Virus record (IMG/VR): IMGVR_UViG_3300025853_000231
Location: 1 to 39,759 of that record
From: a virus
Taxonomy: Duplodnaviria; Caudoviricetes
Strand: one strand, 5' to 3'
Length of the DNA: 39,759 nt
This document shows, piece after piece, positions 26,901-35,385 of the stretch (position 1 is the first letter of the stretch; every line of letters begins with the position of its first letter). Under the pieces are notes generated by a model. That model saw only the letters and a list, made by a program, of their open reading frames with translations, did not search any database and was not told the origin of the DNA. Both the position numbers and the translations under genes were made by a program.

Positions 26901-29090
26901 GCCCTGCTCGTAAGCCTTGTATTGCCTGTTGAGAGCCTTGGCATACTCCAGGTAGGACTTTGACAGTTCAGAATTTGGGTCTATGTCTTCATTGAAGATG
27001 TTCTTAGGCTCCCCAGGTTTCTTGGTGTCCCCTGGTTCCTTGACATTCTTCTTGTGCCCCAAACCGTCCAGGCCCATTCCCCTTTTCGCCTTGTCAATGA
27101 CACTGAAAACAGTTGCCTTGGCTTCTGTCATCACCATGCCAAGTCCAGTCATTGGGGTTTGAGAAAAGCCTCCTGCTGCCTTTTGAACGGCAGTTTTAAG
27201 CTTGCCTAACTTAGAGTTGTTTCTGACGTAGTTATGCAGGCCCTGATCAGTCGAGACTGACATAAAGTTCTCAGAGAACATCTCTCTGACAACCCAGTCT
27301 TCTTCCCCGTCTTGGGCGTAAGACCTGTCAAGATCGCGCACCCTGTCACTGATTTGCTCTTCTGTTGGTCTGCCTACATTCTCTCCTCTGAGCATCTGCT
27401 CGGCGTAAGACCTCTTTAGATCATCGAGGTTATATTCCCTGGCGACCTGGTTACGGACGCTCTTGGTGCTTACCAGGCCACTGTCCCACATAGCCTCACC
27501 AACCTCATGAAGCAGTGTGTCTGAAATCTTATTTCCGTCAGCGTTTACTACGATCTCCTTTGACTGAGCATCATAGAAACCATCAACGCCTCTCCCCTTT
27601 GTAATCTTGGCGAACTCTTCGCCTGACAGGACCTTGACGTCCACCCTGCCTCGAAGCATCTCAGATGCAGTAGCCAGGTTCTCTAAAGCTTTCCTAGACG
27701 AGGCTCGAACGTTGCCTGATGCCTTGTCGACCACCTCTAGGTTGGACATGTCAACAAGCATGGCCAGGGCTTTTTTGTCGCCTTGGTGTCTGCTAACAAA
27801 GTCATTGATGCTGCCTTCCATTTTGGCTGCATCTCGTTGGCCTGTGATGGTGTCTATAGCGCGACCACCAAGGCCACCCAGGCCGCCTGTAAGGCCTGCT
27901 GCAAAGGCTCCAGCCTTGGCACCCTCGGTGCCTTCTGCGAAGCCTCCCAGGGCTGCGCCAGCAACAGAACCGTAGGCTGCGCTACGTCCAACGTCTTTGA
28001 CTAAGCCAAGCGCTGCATCGCCTCCCATTCGGCTTGCTCTGCCTGCTACTTTTCTTACGCCTTCAGGAAGCGCCATGTTCTTGGAGGTTCTCTCCAATGG
28101 TCCCATGTTCGTCGGGAACTCTGGCAGTTCGTCGATGGACTTAGTAAGAGCTGACCCAGCAGGGCCAATTCTTTCGGCAGCTTCAAGGGCAGCCCTCTGA
28201 ACCAGGGCTTCAGGGCCAGACTTGATGACGCCAAGCGTGGTCGCCAGGTTTTTCGCCTGCTTGTATCTGAGTGGCGCATTCGGGAACTTATCGCTGATTT
28301 TTTCGGCAACCCCTCCAACTACTTGGTCGGCTGCAATCATAGCTTTGCCAGCCATCTTGCCAGCACCCCTAAGTGCTTTGCCCTCCAGTCGGGCTAGTTG
28401 TTTGCCGACGCCTTTCCTGATTAAGCCAGAGGTAGCCCCACCAACCACTGTGCCAATGTCGAGACCGTAGCTGGCACCCTCTGCCAGGGCTGGGTCAACA
28501 TCAACGTCTCCGGTCTGGTTGTAACCAAAGAATGCGTCTGGGTCTTCCGAGAATGCCAGGTGGTCAATGATGTCTTCTTCGCCCAGGCGAGCTTTCTCTC
28601 GCATGGCTTCAAGCTTCCTGATTTCTCTCCAGCCCCTGAACCGTTCCCTGGTCATGGCTTCGTCTCTAGTAAGCCTGTCTACACCCTTCTGGGAAAGAAT
28701 GCCTAAATCTGCCGTGCCTCTGAGGACACCTTCTCCCAGTGAGTTGACTATCTTTTGGAACTCTCCTTCAGCCAGGTTGGCAGCGAATGCTTTGCCACCG
28801 TCGTAGAGTTCTTTGAACATGGTCTTGCCAATCTGGATGGCATCGTCCATGCCGAAGCTTTGCTTCTCCTGGGTCTCCAACCATTCCTGCCATTGCTCGT
28901 AGGCCTGATCGGTGTCACCAGGGACAAACGTCAGGTCATCGAATTGCTGTGAGGAATTGAGGCTTTTGACAGAAAAGCTTTGAGTTGCAGTTTTGTCTGT
29001 CTCGGTCGGCACGACTCTGAAACCAGAAGAGGCTGGCTTGTCGGGCACAGCCTCCTCTACAGGCACTACTCTGAATGAACCTTGTGGCAT
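20937..29090 (-). CDS. Large polyvalent protein, probably virion-packaged and ejected (2717 aa)
   Basis: Last gene of the ejection-protein cluster. Degenerate zincin motif HEVGE, ADP-ribosyltransferase-like, EEIQSDW, methyltransferase-like, ASCH and glycosylase-like modules. Confidence 0.85.
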   Translation of the reverse strand: MPQGSFRVVPVEEAVPDKPASSGFRVVPTETDKTATQSFSVKSLNSSQQFDDLTFVPGDTDQAYEQWQEWLETQEKQSFGMDDAIQIGKTMFKELYDGGKAFAANLAEGEFQKIVNSLGEGVLRGTADLGILSQKGVDRLTRDEAMTRERFRGWREIRKLEAMREKARLGEEDIIDHLAFSEDPDAFFGYNQTGDVDVDPALAEGASYGLDIGTVVGGATSGLIRKGVGKQLARLEGKALRGAGKMAGKAMIAADQVVGGVAEKISDKFPNAPLRYKQAKNLATTLGVIKSGPEALVQRAALEAAERIGPAGSALTKSIDELPEFPTNMGPLERTSKNMALPEGVRKVAGRASRMGGDAALGLVKDVGRSAAYGSVAGAALGGFAEGTEGAKAGAFAAGLTGGLGGLGGRAIDTITGQRDAAKMEGSINDFVSRHQGDKKALAMLVDMSNLEVVDKASGNVRASSRKALENLATASEMLRGRVDVKVLSGEEFAKITKGRGVDGFYDAQSKEIVVNADGNKISDTLLHEVGEAMWDSGLVSTKSVRNQVAREYNLDDLKRSYAEQMLRGENVGRPTEEQISDRVRDLDRSYAQDGEEDWVVREMFSENFMSVSTDQGLHNYVRNNSKLGKLKTAVQKAAGGFSQTPMTGLGMVMTEAKATVFSVIDKAKRGMGLDGLGHKKNVKEPGDTKKPGEPKNIFNEDIDPNSELSKSYLEYAKALNRQYKAYEQGKEKTTKLLKDSSDDGVNWDGVGKEYFDDVPDTPQSQSKGKGPQGSDSSAKGGGKKGTRKKAKNKRELKKRARQRRKEVKQSLEPELTESSVPEVTLKPKHDDAGNVKKGLNEYRGKFLQSKYSDAPMMENFRGTIDEVNQAIANGRPIRSYYFGIGTRSLGDDTWLNSLTRTSGDIPATEVDYIPHEWFITNNGNVNVRVIDLNYVRGRVNAWRDSKKLEPWNNDVDAFLEDAKKYLDNHRNNISGEEGLTTKQHNIINALFQANNKTINPLYTAWDKNSGNRIYKNLRIERIASLRDTSANGTPFGMGPFDHLKAKQMFSPTRASSPEIDVAHAKAVNSGDTESAQRMVQEAASKAGYNFGPLYHGTWQKDQVFKGRKFIEREPFNSFKIQKRGSTNTPINQWGVFLTPNKQGAEVYADFAGRNKAGGERRIVNAMVKMENPYTAEFKTVGRQFLDYGSMDNQVYKTKTQASEAAREFKQDLVDKGHDGIILTDNDGKPYEVIVFDPTQIKSADPATYDKNGNLIPLSERFKETTADIRFSPARQLDNLGMFSKAQEAIEGMQQKKGTSQQFLKAMDKAGVKKEELEDIGLDVFLKDNPTTTKEDVLNFIRANQIEMVEVTEVEFQSSSRDGYVIRDTEGGNLFDDTVYPTYDEAINARYDQMEATIRDFDDYQILSADDLPAETVERYGVEKGSFVITKADEPDELISPYAQMVFETEKLAQEALFEKVANDFERRFEILESDDPQQSATKFSQYTEPGAEPGTYTERLLTLQPGGEQLQARYDQLTEIFNRRNPTLEESAEYTELERKLFSEEPNSRFGPYSSSHFDEANIVAHVRHNDRIGPDGEKILFLEEIQSDWHQEGRSMGYAPKDRESLLREAELLYAEDPRQAYEKWADNFSKFEAFLEGLRNTQPKNKTEEDYVARVSPEFEATYQRMLQEGKQLSQKINRLNELDEALSEMGRTPNAPFKKSWPEFSMKRMLKLAADEGYDAIAWTTGETQNARYDLGDKITGLIVNELEGGQYELMARVPEEDIFRVIDSSMTKEKLQDHIGKEMTKRALDNMEGPEGVRSATLEGDDLRLGGKGMRGFYDEMLPRLKLWKQTKDSKGKPLQVQQKTLRDGLQANYVALNEDVNSKVSGQGLPRYSVKRGDLWKSPKSQEYTSAETSINRDKTPATFGRVKWERGTVNADIGGGRFDNATDFLARRGVKNYIFDPFNRSREHNDRVANTIANGGADTATVNNVLNVIKEPGNRHKVIAQAADAIKLDGEAYFLIYEGNRSGKGGPTKAGYQNNLGAKSYIKEISRYFGDVTQRGNLLVATKPKKADADNLPGFNVKSEPDMPFADLILSGRKTIETRAKPTLNSLVGRRVKLIETTGKGSGKVKGEVTVGEPKFYKTKAEFDADFDKHFVQDSSEFAFSEAGKWGYPMEDPVIYQEPYETNTVLDKLKGRVITRSVPGRRFSPSRTDDQGRPLGSQKANDPRAVELDITSYDKDGKPVFQTVDYGILDSPFFQQWEGGPRGAVQDYDLDNVHYDVTQKAKAQIKQLIDNGAIEELSNLFVEEYNRLIQYPGVTDGMGWYSRMREAIKQVFGKGAEMFTHLLGATSAKTPVENNFIYAAELMKRYQKGDFNRQIKSYNEMYRLNKDKKLYETMVRRKIIARSEAAKMTPAAMIKRWIEHYNLTPVRANGKQYGQNSLPALKAMAEKWLVDKVTPKTPQFAMNLGGSSLEATIDVWAARLMRRLTHEPFSEKWRIQPKSEGAVNNQDFAVSQVVFREAARKLGMNPDDLQAIVWFGEKHVWDENGWTGNIGAFKSSFDEAFDVYFPAGRPARQLSHAENIISFLQKERLIKKHLAQGETDKLKGDIREYDKARKLTGVQAYIKQTGRRDVVKSIPPDVAADAGLGNRRSNRGSVPNDRGGATAKFSPARQLNNRGGAIYLDGYGFRAVQTSSRAGVRVYSDKGRRVGPVFSSVEKAQDHLDKLRNN

Positions 29091-29091
29091 G

Positions 29092-30435
29092 TTACTGGTC
29101 TGCTTCTAGGATGTTTGGTTGGAACCTTCCGTTCTTGTAGATAAAGAATTGTTGCCCTGGTTTAAGAGCCCCCGCTTGGCCTGCCTTGATTGCTTCCTCT
29201 TCAGATGCATAGGTCTTGGCCTTCAAGAAGTAGGGTTTGCCTCCAGAGTATTCTTCGCTGATGCCAAATCGCGCACCCTGGTCAACGTATCGCTGCCTCT
29301 CGTTGTTTGCCGATTCGACGTAAGATGAGGCAGCCTGACGAGCAGAGCTGAGAAATTTCTGCTTCATGTCGTCTGTGAGGAATGAGCCTTCAGTTATCTT
29401 GGTGTATTCGTTGACCAATTGTTCTGGTAACCCTCCAGCTCTGGCGGCAACCTGGAACTCGCTCTCTCTGACCACTGAATTAGGGTCAAGCGACTTCATG
29501 AACGTGAAGACAATTGAAATGTCCCCAGGGCCCTGGAGAGAGTCTTTCTCAAGAATCAGATTCTCTAGTGCTGAATATTGAGCCTGAAGAGCCCCGAATT
29601 GCTTGACTGGCTGAGAGGCATTGAGCTTGTCGAACATGTCTGACGACATTTTCGCCTGCTCCTCAGTTAAACCGCCTCTGTCAAACTGGGCTTGAATCTT
29701 CTGTTGAGCTTCCCTCCTGGATGCTTCAGCCTGGGCGTCATACAGGTTAGCCTGCTTGTCTCTGTAGCTAATTAAGCTTTCGATGTTACGTGATTCCTGC
29801 TCATTCTTTGCGGCAGCCATTTTGTCTTCAAGTGTTCCCCTTCTGCTCCTTTCGATAGCTTGCATGGTCGAAATATCTGCCCCAGCAGGGAAGTCTTGAT
29901 CAACACCCTGGGCAAATGCGGTGGCTTGACTCCTGTCCATGGCAGCCTTAGCTGCCCCTGGTGGGACTGTGTTGGTTGATTGAAATGCACTGAGTGCTGC
30001 CTGGTGAGGTGGTTGACCACTGAGCAAGCTGACGTCAAAAGCATCTTGGGCAATGCCTTGGTTGATGCCTCTTTGTGCGGTCTGATTTTGCAACTGAGCT
30101 TGCTTGATTCTCGCGTCATACATCTGAAGCGACTTTTTCAAAAGCAGGTTCTCAGACATGCCTTCCAGTTCTTTTAAGCCCATGTCATCCAGCCTTGTTT
30201 CAAACATCTTTGTGAACTCCTTTTCTTGCGGGGTCCCCTTGATGTTGTCTGGCATGAATTCGTCGGCAAACGGCGCAAGCTTGGCTCTCAGCTTTCTACT
30301 TTCACCCGCTGACTTGAAAGCCTGGCCTATACCTTCGCCAAACTTCTCAATGCCTCTTGCCAAGTTCTGACCAGCCTGGCTGGTAACCATTGGCTGAACC
30401 ATTCCCTGCCCTGAATAACTTTGCTTTGAAAACAT
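29092..30435 (-). CDS. Internal virion / DNA ejection protein
   Basis: Helical and Gln/Ala-rich with an FMKSLDPNSVVRESEF motif. Start re-called at ATG 30435. Confidence 0.65.
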   Translation of the reverse strand: MFSKQSYSGQGMVQPMVTSQAGQNLARGIEKFGEGIGQAFKSAGESRKLRAKLAPFADEFMPDNIKGTPQEKEFTKMFETRLDDMGLKELEGMSENLLLKKSLQMYDARIKQAQLQNQTAQRGINQGIAQDAFDVSLLSGQPPHQAALSAFQSTNTVPPGAAKAAMDRSQATAFAQGVDQDFPAGADISTMQAIERSRRGTLEDKMAAAKNEQESRNIESLISYRDKQANLYDAQAEASRREAQQKIQAQFDRGGLTEEQAKMSSDMFDKLNASQPVKQFGALQAQYSALENLILEKDSLQGPGDISIVFTFMKSLDPNSVVRESEFQVAARAGGLPEQLVNEYTKITEGSFLTDDMKQKFLSSARQAASSYVESANNERQRYVDQGARFGISEEYSGGKPYFLKAKTYASEEEAIKAGQAGALKPGQQFFIYKNGRFQPNILEADQ

Positions 30436-30451
30436 AATTTTATGCGAAATT

Positions 30452-31333
30452 TTAAGGTGTGCCTGCGCCGCCGCCGCCAAACCCAGCAAAACCACCTGAA
30501 GCCCAACCTCCAAGCGCACTACCTGCTGCACCTATGCCTGCCCCGATTAGGGCAGTCCGGTTGTTTGCAGAAGCCATGGCAGCGTTATTAGCCGCATTCA
30601 TGTTGGAAGCATGAACACTTCCCAGGTAGGCACTCTCTGGGTTGAAAATCTGACCAGGGTTAAACCCTTGACCCTGCCCGGCTATCATTGCCCCTTGGTT
30701 TATATTCACCCCAGGTCGCCCTAGAATGGCCATGAAGGGGTCTTGGGCAGTGGCTGCGTTCATGCCAGCAATCTGCTGTGCAAAGGCCTGACGGCGTCTC
30801 TGGAGCTGTTCTGCCTGCAAGCCTTTGACTAAGGCTTCCTGCCCTACATCGACTGCACCAAAACCCATACCTCTGGCTGCCTGTGCAGACCTAACCTGCT
30901 GCTCCATTTCTCTCGCCAGATCGGGAGGTAAGCTTGCGCCTGACTGGAGGTCAGACATGGCTTGACGGTTTAGCTCGCTCATAAGCGCAGCCTGTTCTGG
31001 GTTGGCTGCCTTGAATGCTTCAGTGGCCCTGACACCGAGTTCTTCTACGTCACGAATGTCTCCTTCCCGGCCAACACGCCTACCAGCAACCTCGGCTGCA
31101 TTTAGCCTTGGGAGGACGTCTGTCTCGTAGAGGTCAAGCAAACCAGGTTGACCGTCTTTGCCTGTGAGAACTTCTCGGAGAACTTGCAGGTCTAACTGTG
31201 CGTAGGCTGGTCGCCCAAACTCGTCACTAGACTCAAGCTCAAATAGCTGTGGCGCTACCTTGGCCTGGGCCTCTGTGTTGTCGATGAGTTCTTGCGCTCC
31301 ATCACGCTTTTCGGCTTTTACTGTTGTTCCCAT
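30452..31333 (-). CDS. Internal virion / pilot-like protein
   Basis: Ala/Gln-rich with a Gly-rich hydrophobic C-terminal helix. Confidence 0.65.
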   Translation of the reverse strand: MGTTVKAEKRDGAQELIDNTEAQAKVAPQLFELESSDEFGRPAYAQLDLQVLREVLTGKDGQPGLLDLYETDVLPRLNAAEVAGRRVGREGDIRDVEELGVRATEAFKAANPEQAALMSELNRQAMSDLQSGASLPPDLAREMEQQVRSAQAARGMGFGAVDVGQEALVKGLQAEQLQRRRQAFAQQIAGMNAATAQDPFMAILGRPGVNINQGAMIAGQGQGFNPGQIFNPESAYLGSVHASNMNAANNAAMASANNRTALIGAGIGAAGSALGGWASGGFAGFGGGGAGTP

Positions 31334-31667
31334 GTATTGTCTTTCTGCGAAAGTAGTGCCAGTCGTATATTTTCAGGGTGTCCCCAAAGAGCCTGTGCCA
31401 GGCTACGTATTTAAGTTTGTATGGTGCTAGTTCTTGGAACCGTTTGATTTTGTTCCTTCCAGATGCGTAGAACACGAACCAGCAGTCTGGTTTCTGGTGC
31501 TTGAAGTTGAAGTCATCGAACTTGTCTGCGTGTTTCTTCTCTATCGGCCTGGCCATGATGAACGCATCATCACCTGAATAGACGTAGCCATGAATGAGGT
31601 AATTCCCAAGTTGCTGTTCAAACAGCCTGCCATATTCTTTAACCGCATCTGTGATGGGTTTGGGCAT
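31302..31667 (-). CDS. Hypothetical protein (position of podoviral GNAT-like assembly proteins)
   Basis: 121 aa, aromatic-rich, just before the ejection genes. Function inferred from synteny only. Confidence 0.5.
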   Translation of the reverse strand: MPKPITDAVKEYGRLFEQQLGNYLIHGYVYSGDDAFIMARPIEKKHADKFDDFNFKHQKPDCWFVFYASGRNKIKRFQELAPYKLKYVAWHRLFGDTLKIYDWHYFRRKTIHGNNSKSRKA

Positions 31668-32581
31668 TACGCAAACTTGTATATTGCAGCAGTCGTGTAG
31701 ATTTCTGGGTGACCACTAATATTGGCAGCCTGGCCAAGCCCATTAGTGTTGCTGTTTGAGCATCTGAATTTAATTTCAAGCACTGACTGAGTAGTCAGTG
31801 TGAACCTCCCTTTGATAAGCGAGTGAACGGGCAGCCTGTCCCCGCTGTAGCTTCTGCTTGATGTCCCGTTGAGAAGTGTTGCGGCTCCAGTTGTATCGTA
31901 AAGCCAACTCACGAAGTTGTTGCATCCATCCCCAGGGACTGCTGCTTCAATCATGTATGTCCCAGCCTCCAGGGTGATCTGATTGGTAGCTAGTGAGGTA
32001 ATGATGCCGTCTGGGTCGTTTGACGCATTAAGGTCCCTGACCTGATCTGAGCCTGAAGTGCTATTGCCACCACCTGAGTTTGTGACCTTCTCGTCCCACA
32101 CATGAGCCACGGACTGTATGGTGGTAGTAGTGTCCTTGGCCTCCCACTGAATGTTCCCGCTACCGTCGGTGGAGATGTATTTGTTAGCTCCATCAGTCAC
32201 CAACAGGTTGATTGGAACACTGGAGACACCGGCCTGGGCAGACCACTCAGGGTTTGAATCATCACCATTAGTCTTCAGGAAATACCCACTGGTTCCTGGG
32301 GCAAGGGTTACCAAATCGCCATTGGAGTCATAATACAGAATCTGACCATGCGTCCCCTGGGCAAGCTTTGTCAGGGCCAGGTTGTGGTCACTGATCTTGC
32401 TGTTGATGTCAATGCTGGAGGCCAGCTTCTGAGTTGTGACGGCACCATCTGTGATCTCGGAAGAGTCAACGGTTCCCGCGAGGGTGATACCGGGGGTTCC
32501 AAGCAGGTTGAGCTTGGAGTAGGTGACTCTCTCACTAGCACTGAATTGATAGCCAGGCTGGACGTTAAATGTGATAGCCAT
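31667..32581 (-). CDS. Tail fibre / spike protein
   Basis: ITDGAVT..KL and G.ILYY....L..GTSG..L repeats. C-terminal beta-sandwich (ITL.AGTY.I). Confidence 0.7.
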   Translation of the reverse strand: MAITFNVQPGYQFSASERVTYSKLNLLGTPGITLAGTVDSSEITDGAVTTQKLASSIDINSKISDHNLALTKLAQGTHGQILYYDSNGDLVTLAPGTSGYFLKTNGDDSNPEWSAQAGVSSVPINLLVTDGANKYISTDGSGNIQWEAKDTTTTIQSVAHVWDEKVTNSGGGNSTSGSDQVRDLNASNDPDGIITSLATNQITLEAGTYMIEAAVPGDGCNNFVSWLYDTTGAATLLNGTSSRSYSGDRLPVHSLIKGRFTLTTQSVLEIKFRCSNSNTNGLGQAANISGHPEIYTTAAIYKFA

Positions 32582-32582
32582 G

Positions 32583-33161
32583 TTATGTCAGGGTTGAGTC
32601 TTCTGCGGCAGGGACATACCACTTGCTGTTGGTGTCATGAAAGAAAATGGCAAAGTTGCCAGAGGACAGGTCGAATGATGAATCAAACGGGTAGTCAACC
32701 CAGTCGTTACTCGTTATCGCGATGTTTGAGTTGGAGTCATGCTTGTTGAGGACAACTTTGACTCCAGCAACCCCTATGGTTGGTGTTGGTAGAGCGTATG
32801 ACAGCCCGGTGCTCAAGATGCTCACAACGTAATTGTTGGTGATGGCGTTGGTCTCAACGCTCAACAGGCTGTGAAGGAATGTAACCGGGTCAGTTAGCCT
32901 GATTGTCGGGTTGCCTCCTTCACCATCAAAGTTAGTCCAGCCGAGTCCTGTTGATGCTAGGAACCTTTTGATGGTTGCTGCACCAGAACCGTCGAGCTGA
33001 ACAAACCCAGCGGTGCCACTCAGTTCATCGATGGAGCGAATATTACCATCTGCGTAGTTCAGGTGTTCCAGGGAGTCGATAAACTCTGTCCTGGTAACGG
33101 TAGTGTTGCCCACTGGGGCATTCACTGAGTCTACCGAAAAGTTCTTGGTTGAGTCTGGCAT
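32583..33161 (-). CDS. Virion structural protein
   Basis: Ser/Thr-rich, with DG..GNPTI and LP.P....KVV fibre-like motifs. Confidence 0.55.
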   Translation of the reverse strand: MPDSTKNFSVDSVNAPVGNTTVTRTEFIDSLEHLNYADGNIRSIDELSGTAGFVQLDGSGAATIKRFLASTGLGWTNFDGEGGNPTIRLTDPVTFLHSLLSVETNAITNNYVVSILSTGLSYALPTPTIGVAGVKVVLNKHDSNSNIAITSNDWVDYPFDSSFDLSSGNFAIFFHDTNSKWYVPAAEDSTLT

Positions 33162-33162
33162 A

Positions 33163-35385
33163 TCAAAGCATGGCGTGTCGGCCCTCTCGACGTTGACCGT
33201 CAGTGGTGCCTGTGGTGATTGAATGAATTCTGATTCGTCCTTCCAGGCCTTGGAACTTGATCTGGAAGTAGGAGCCCCTCTGGTTTACTCGGAGCTTGTG
33301 AGTGTAATACTGGTGCAGGTCCAGGACGGTGCCTGTTGAACCCAGGACGGTTCCTCCCCCTGGTTCTGTTGCGTCGAGAATGACAGAGTAATCTTCCCTG
33401 CCCTCTGTCTCATGGTCATCGTTGATGTTGGTGATCTGCCAGTCATCAACTGCGAAAGTCATATACTTAGTCCTGCTCTGGAACGTGTAGGAAGTGTCGT
33501 CCAGGAGGACTGTCTCTTCCTTCACGCCATCAGTGATGGCAGTGACTCTGTATTTTGGGTCCCATGTGGAAATGAACACCTGGGCGTCTTGTAGTCGCCT
33601 CCTGTTGCCAGATGCAAAGCCGTAACCCCTGGTCAGAATCATGAACTCAATCTCACTGTCTCTGACCATGACCTTCTCGGAACAGATGACCGTGATGTAT
33701 GGGTCGTCAGCCTTGATAAGCATCGGTGTTGAGCTAGTGAACCTGACACCACAGTCCAAGGCTTCAACCGTATCGGTATCATGGGTCCAACCACCACTGC
33801 TGTAGCCAGCATAGAGGTTGTCTGCTGCATCATCACATGGGTCTGCTGTTACATCTCCCATGTTCCAGACACCGTCAGTATCAGAAGCGCCTGTCCTTGG
33901 GTCTTCGACCAGGAAGTCAGTTCCATCGGTGATATTGTCACCGTCGCTCTCAACCAGGGTGTTCTGCCTGGTGCCGTAGACCTCGGTGCCGTCATTAACC
34001 TGCACCATGTTTCCGATGGCAGGCTGGCCTACCAGGAGAACGTCACATGAGTAAGCATTCTGCTCCTGCTTGACCATCTCTGTCTCACCGTATTCGTAGA
34101 GACCTACGACCCCTGTGTAATCAACAAAGAACAGGCTTTCTGTCCCCTGGAAGTCAGCCACAAAGAAATACTTAATCTTGATGGCATCACCCTCGTCGTA
34201 GCCTGCCCAGGCTTTGTTTAGAAAATCGTAAACCAGCACCGCATTGTTCTGCTGACTGCCATCGAGAGGGACACTCAAATAGTATCTGTTCTGCCAGTAG
34301 GCACCGCAGGCGGTTTCCTTGGCAACAGACATGTCGATACGGTCAATGATTGGCTGTATAGGGGTGCTAACGGGCTCAGAAACGCCCTGTAGCTTGTTTT
34401 GTTCAGTCTGCCTTAGTGATACCACCCCACGCTGTGAAAGAAACCACAGATCGCTTCCTGTGTTGACTACGGACCTGGGGCCAACCAGGCCAAACTCAGA
34501 GGTAACCTGATCAAGTGCGGCATTGGCTCCCCAGTCTCCAACCAGGTTGCTGACCGCATAGATGCTGGTTGACTTGAATACAACAACCGTTGAATCGTTG
34601 AACTTAAACAGTCTCTCTATGTTGTCACTGTCGCCCTGGTTGATCTTGAACGAAGCATAGACAGGGTCATACGACGTATAGTCAAGTATGTCTGAGACCG
34701 CGACATGGTCAGCCTTATAACCCAGAGCAGGTTTGTGAGGAACGAGGAGGCGGTTTCCGAAAAAGAGGGTAGACTTCGAGTTTGGTATGTTCTCAGTTCC
34801 ACCAGCCCCCGATGCCTCCGGTGCCTCGATAAAGCCTTCTTCAAAATTAGATAGGACCAGGTGGGTATCGTCGTGCCCCCTGGAGAGAATGCACTTATCG
34901 AAGGCTTGTGTGAACCAATACACATCCTCCGTGTTAGCGTCTTGGTAGAGTGTTGTTGGGACTGTCAGAGAGACAGAACACCGGACTGGCACCGCAGTGT
35001 TGCCAGGACGAAGCCGGTAGAGAACTATGTTAGTTCCGTCAATGGATGAAGCAACCAGGACCCAGTCAACACCGTTGGGGTCGTTCCATACACCCACTCC
35101 GTAGACGTCTCCAAAGTTACCTCTGAGGACACCGTCAAAGTTGATGTCACCCTCGTTCCAGTCGATGGGCCATTCCCAGCTAGACTTAATGTTTGTCCAG
35201 CCTACTGGCATGGTGCCCTTTCTGGGCTCTGCTATGCCGAATCGGAAACGTGCGTTCCTGGCGTCTGATACGTAGCCAGGAGGAAGGAGGTGAGGACTGG
35301 TCCTCATGTCAACACCGATGAAACCATTGTCCCCATCTGTCAGTGGAACGTCGTCGTTGATTGAATAGTTTCGGTGTTGCCTCAT
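33163..35385 (-). CDS. Tail nozzle / tubular protein B-like (beta-propeller)
   Basis: 740 aa beta-rich protein upstream of the fibre and ejection genes. G.VGP.SV, LWFLS..GV and VLVYD....W motifs. Confidence 0.75.
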   Translation of the reverse strand: MRQHRNYSINDDVPLTDGDNGFIGVDMRTSPHLLPPGYVSDARNARFRFGIAEPRKGTMPVGWTNIKSSWEWPIDWNEGDINFDGVLRGNFGDVYGVGVWNDPNGVDWVLVASSIDGTNIVLYRLRPGNTAVPVRCSVSLTVPTTLYQDANTEDVYWFTQAFDKCILSRGHDDTHLVLSNFEEGFIEAPEASGAGGTENIPNSKSTLFFGNRLLVPHKPALGYKADHVAVSDILDYTSYDPVYASFKINQGDSDNIERLFKFNDSTVVVFKSTSIYAVSNLVGDWGANAALDQVTSEFGLVGPRSVVNTGSDLWFLSQRGVVSLRQTEQNKLQGVSEPVSTPIQPIIDRIDMSVAKETACGAYWQNRYYLSVPLDGSQQNNAVLVYDFLNKAWAGYDEGDAIKIKYFFVADFQGTESLFFVDYTGVVGLYEYGETEMVKQEQNAYSCDVLLVGQPAIGNMVQVNDGTEVYGTRQNTLVESDGDNITDGTDFLVEDPRTGASDTDGVWNMGDVTADPCDDAADNLYAGYSSGGWTHDTDTVEALDCGVRFTSSTPMLIKADDPYITVICSEKVMVRDSEIEFMILTRGYGFASGNRRRLQDAQVFISTWDPKYRVTAITDGVKEETVLLDDTSYTFQSRTKYMTFAVDDWQITNINDDHETEGREDYSVILDATEPGGGTVLGSTGTVLDLHQYYTHKLRVNQRGSYFQIKFQGLEGRIRIHSITTGTTDGQRREGRHAML

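Noticed and set aside
27489-27509. Active zincin metallopeptidase in the giant protein
   Set aside because: The motif reads HEVGE rather than HExxH, so activity cannot be claimed from sequence.
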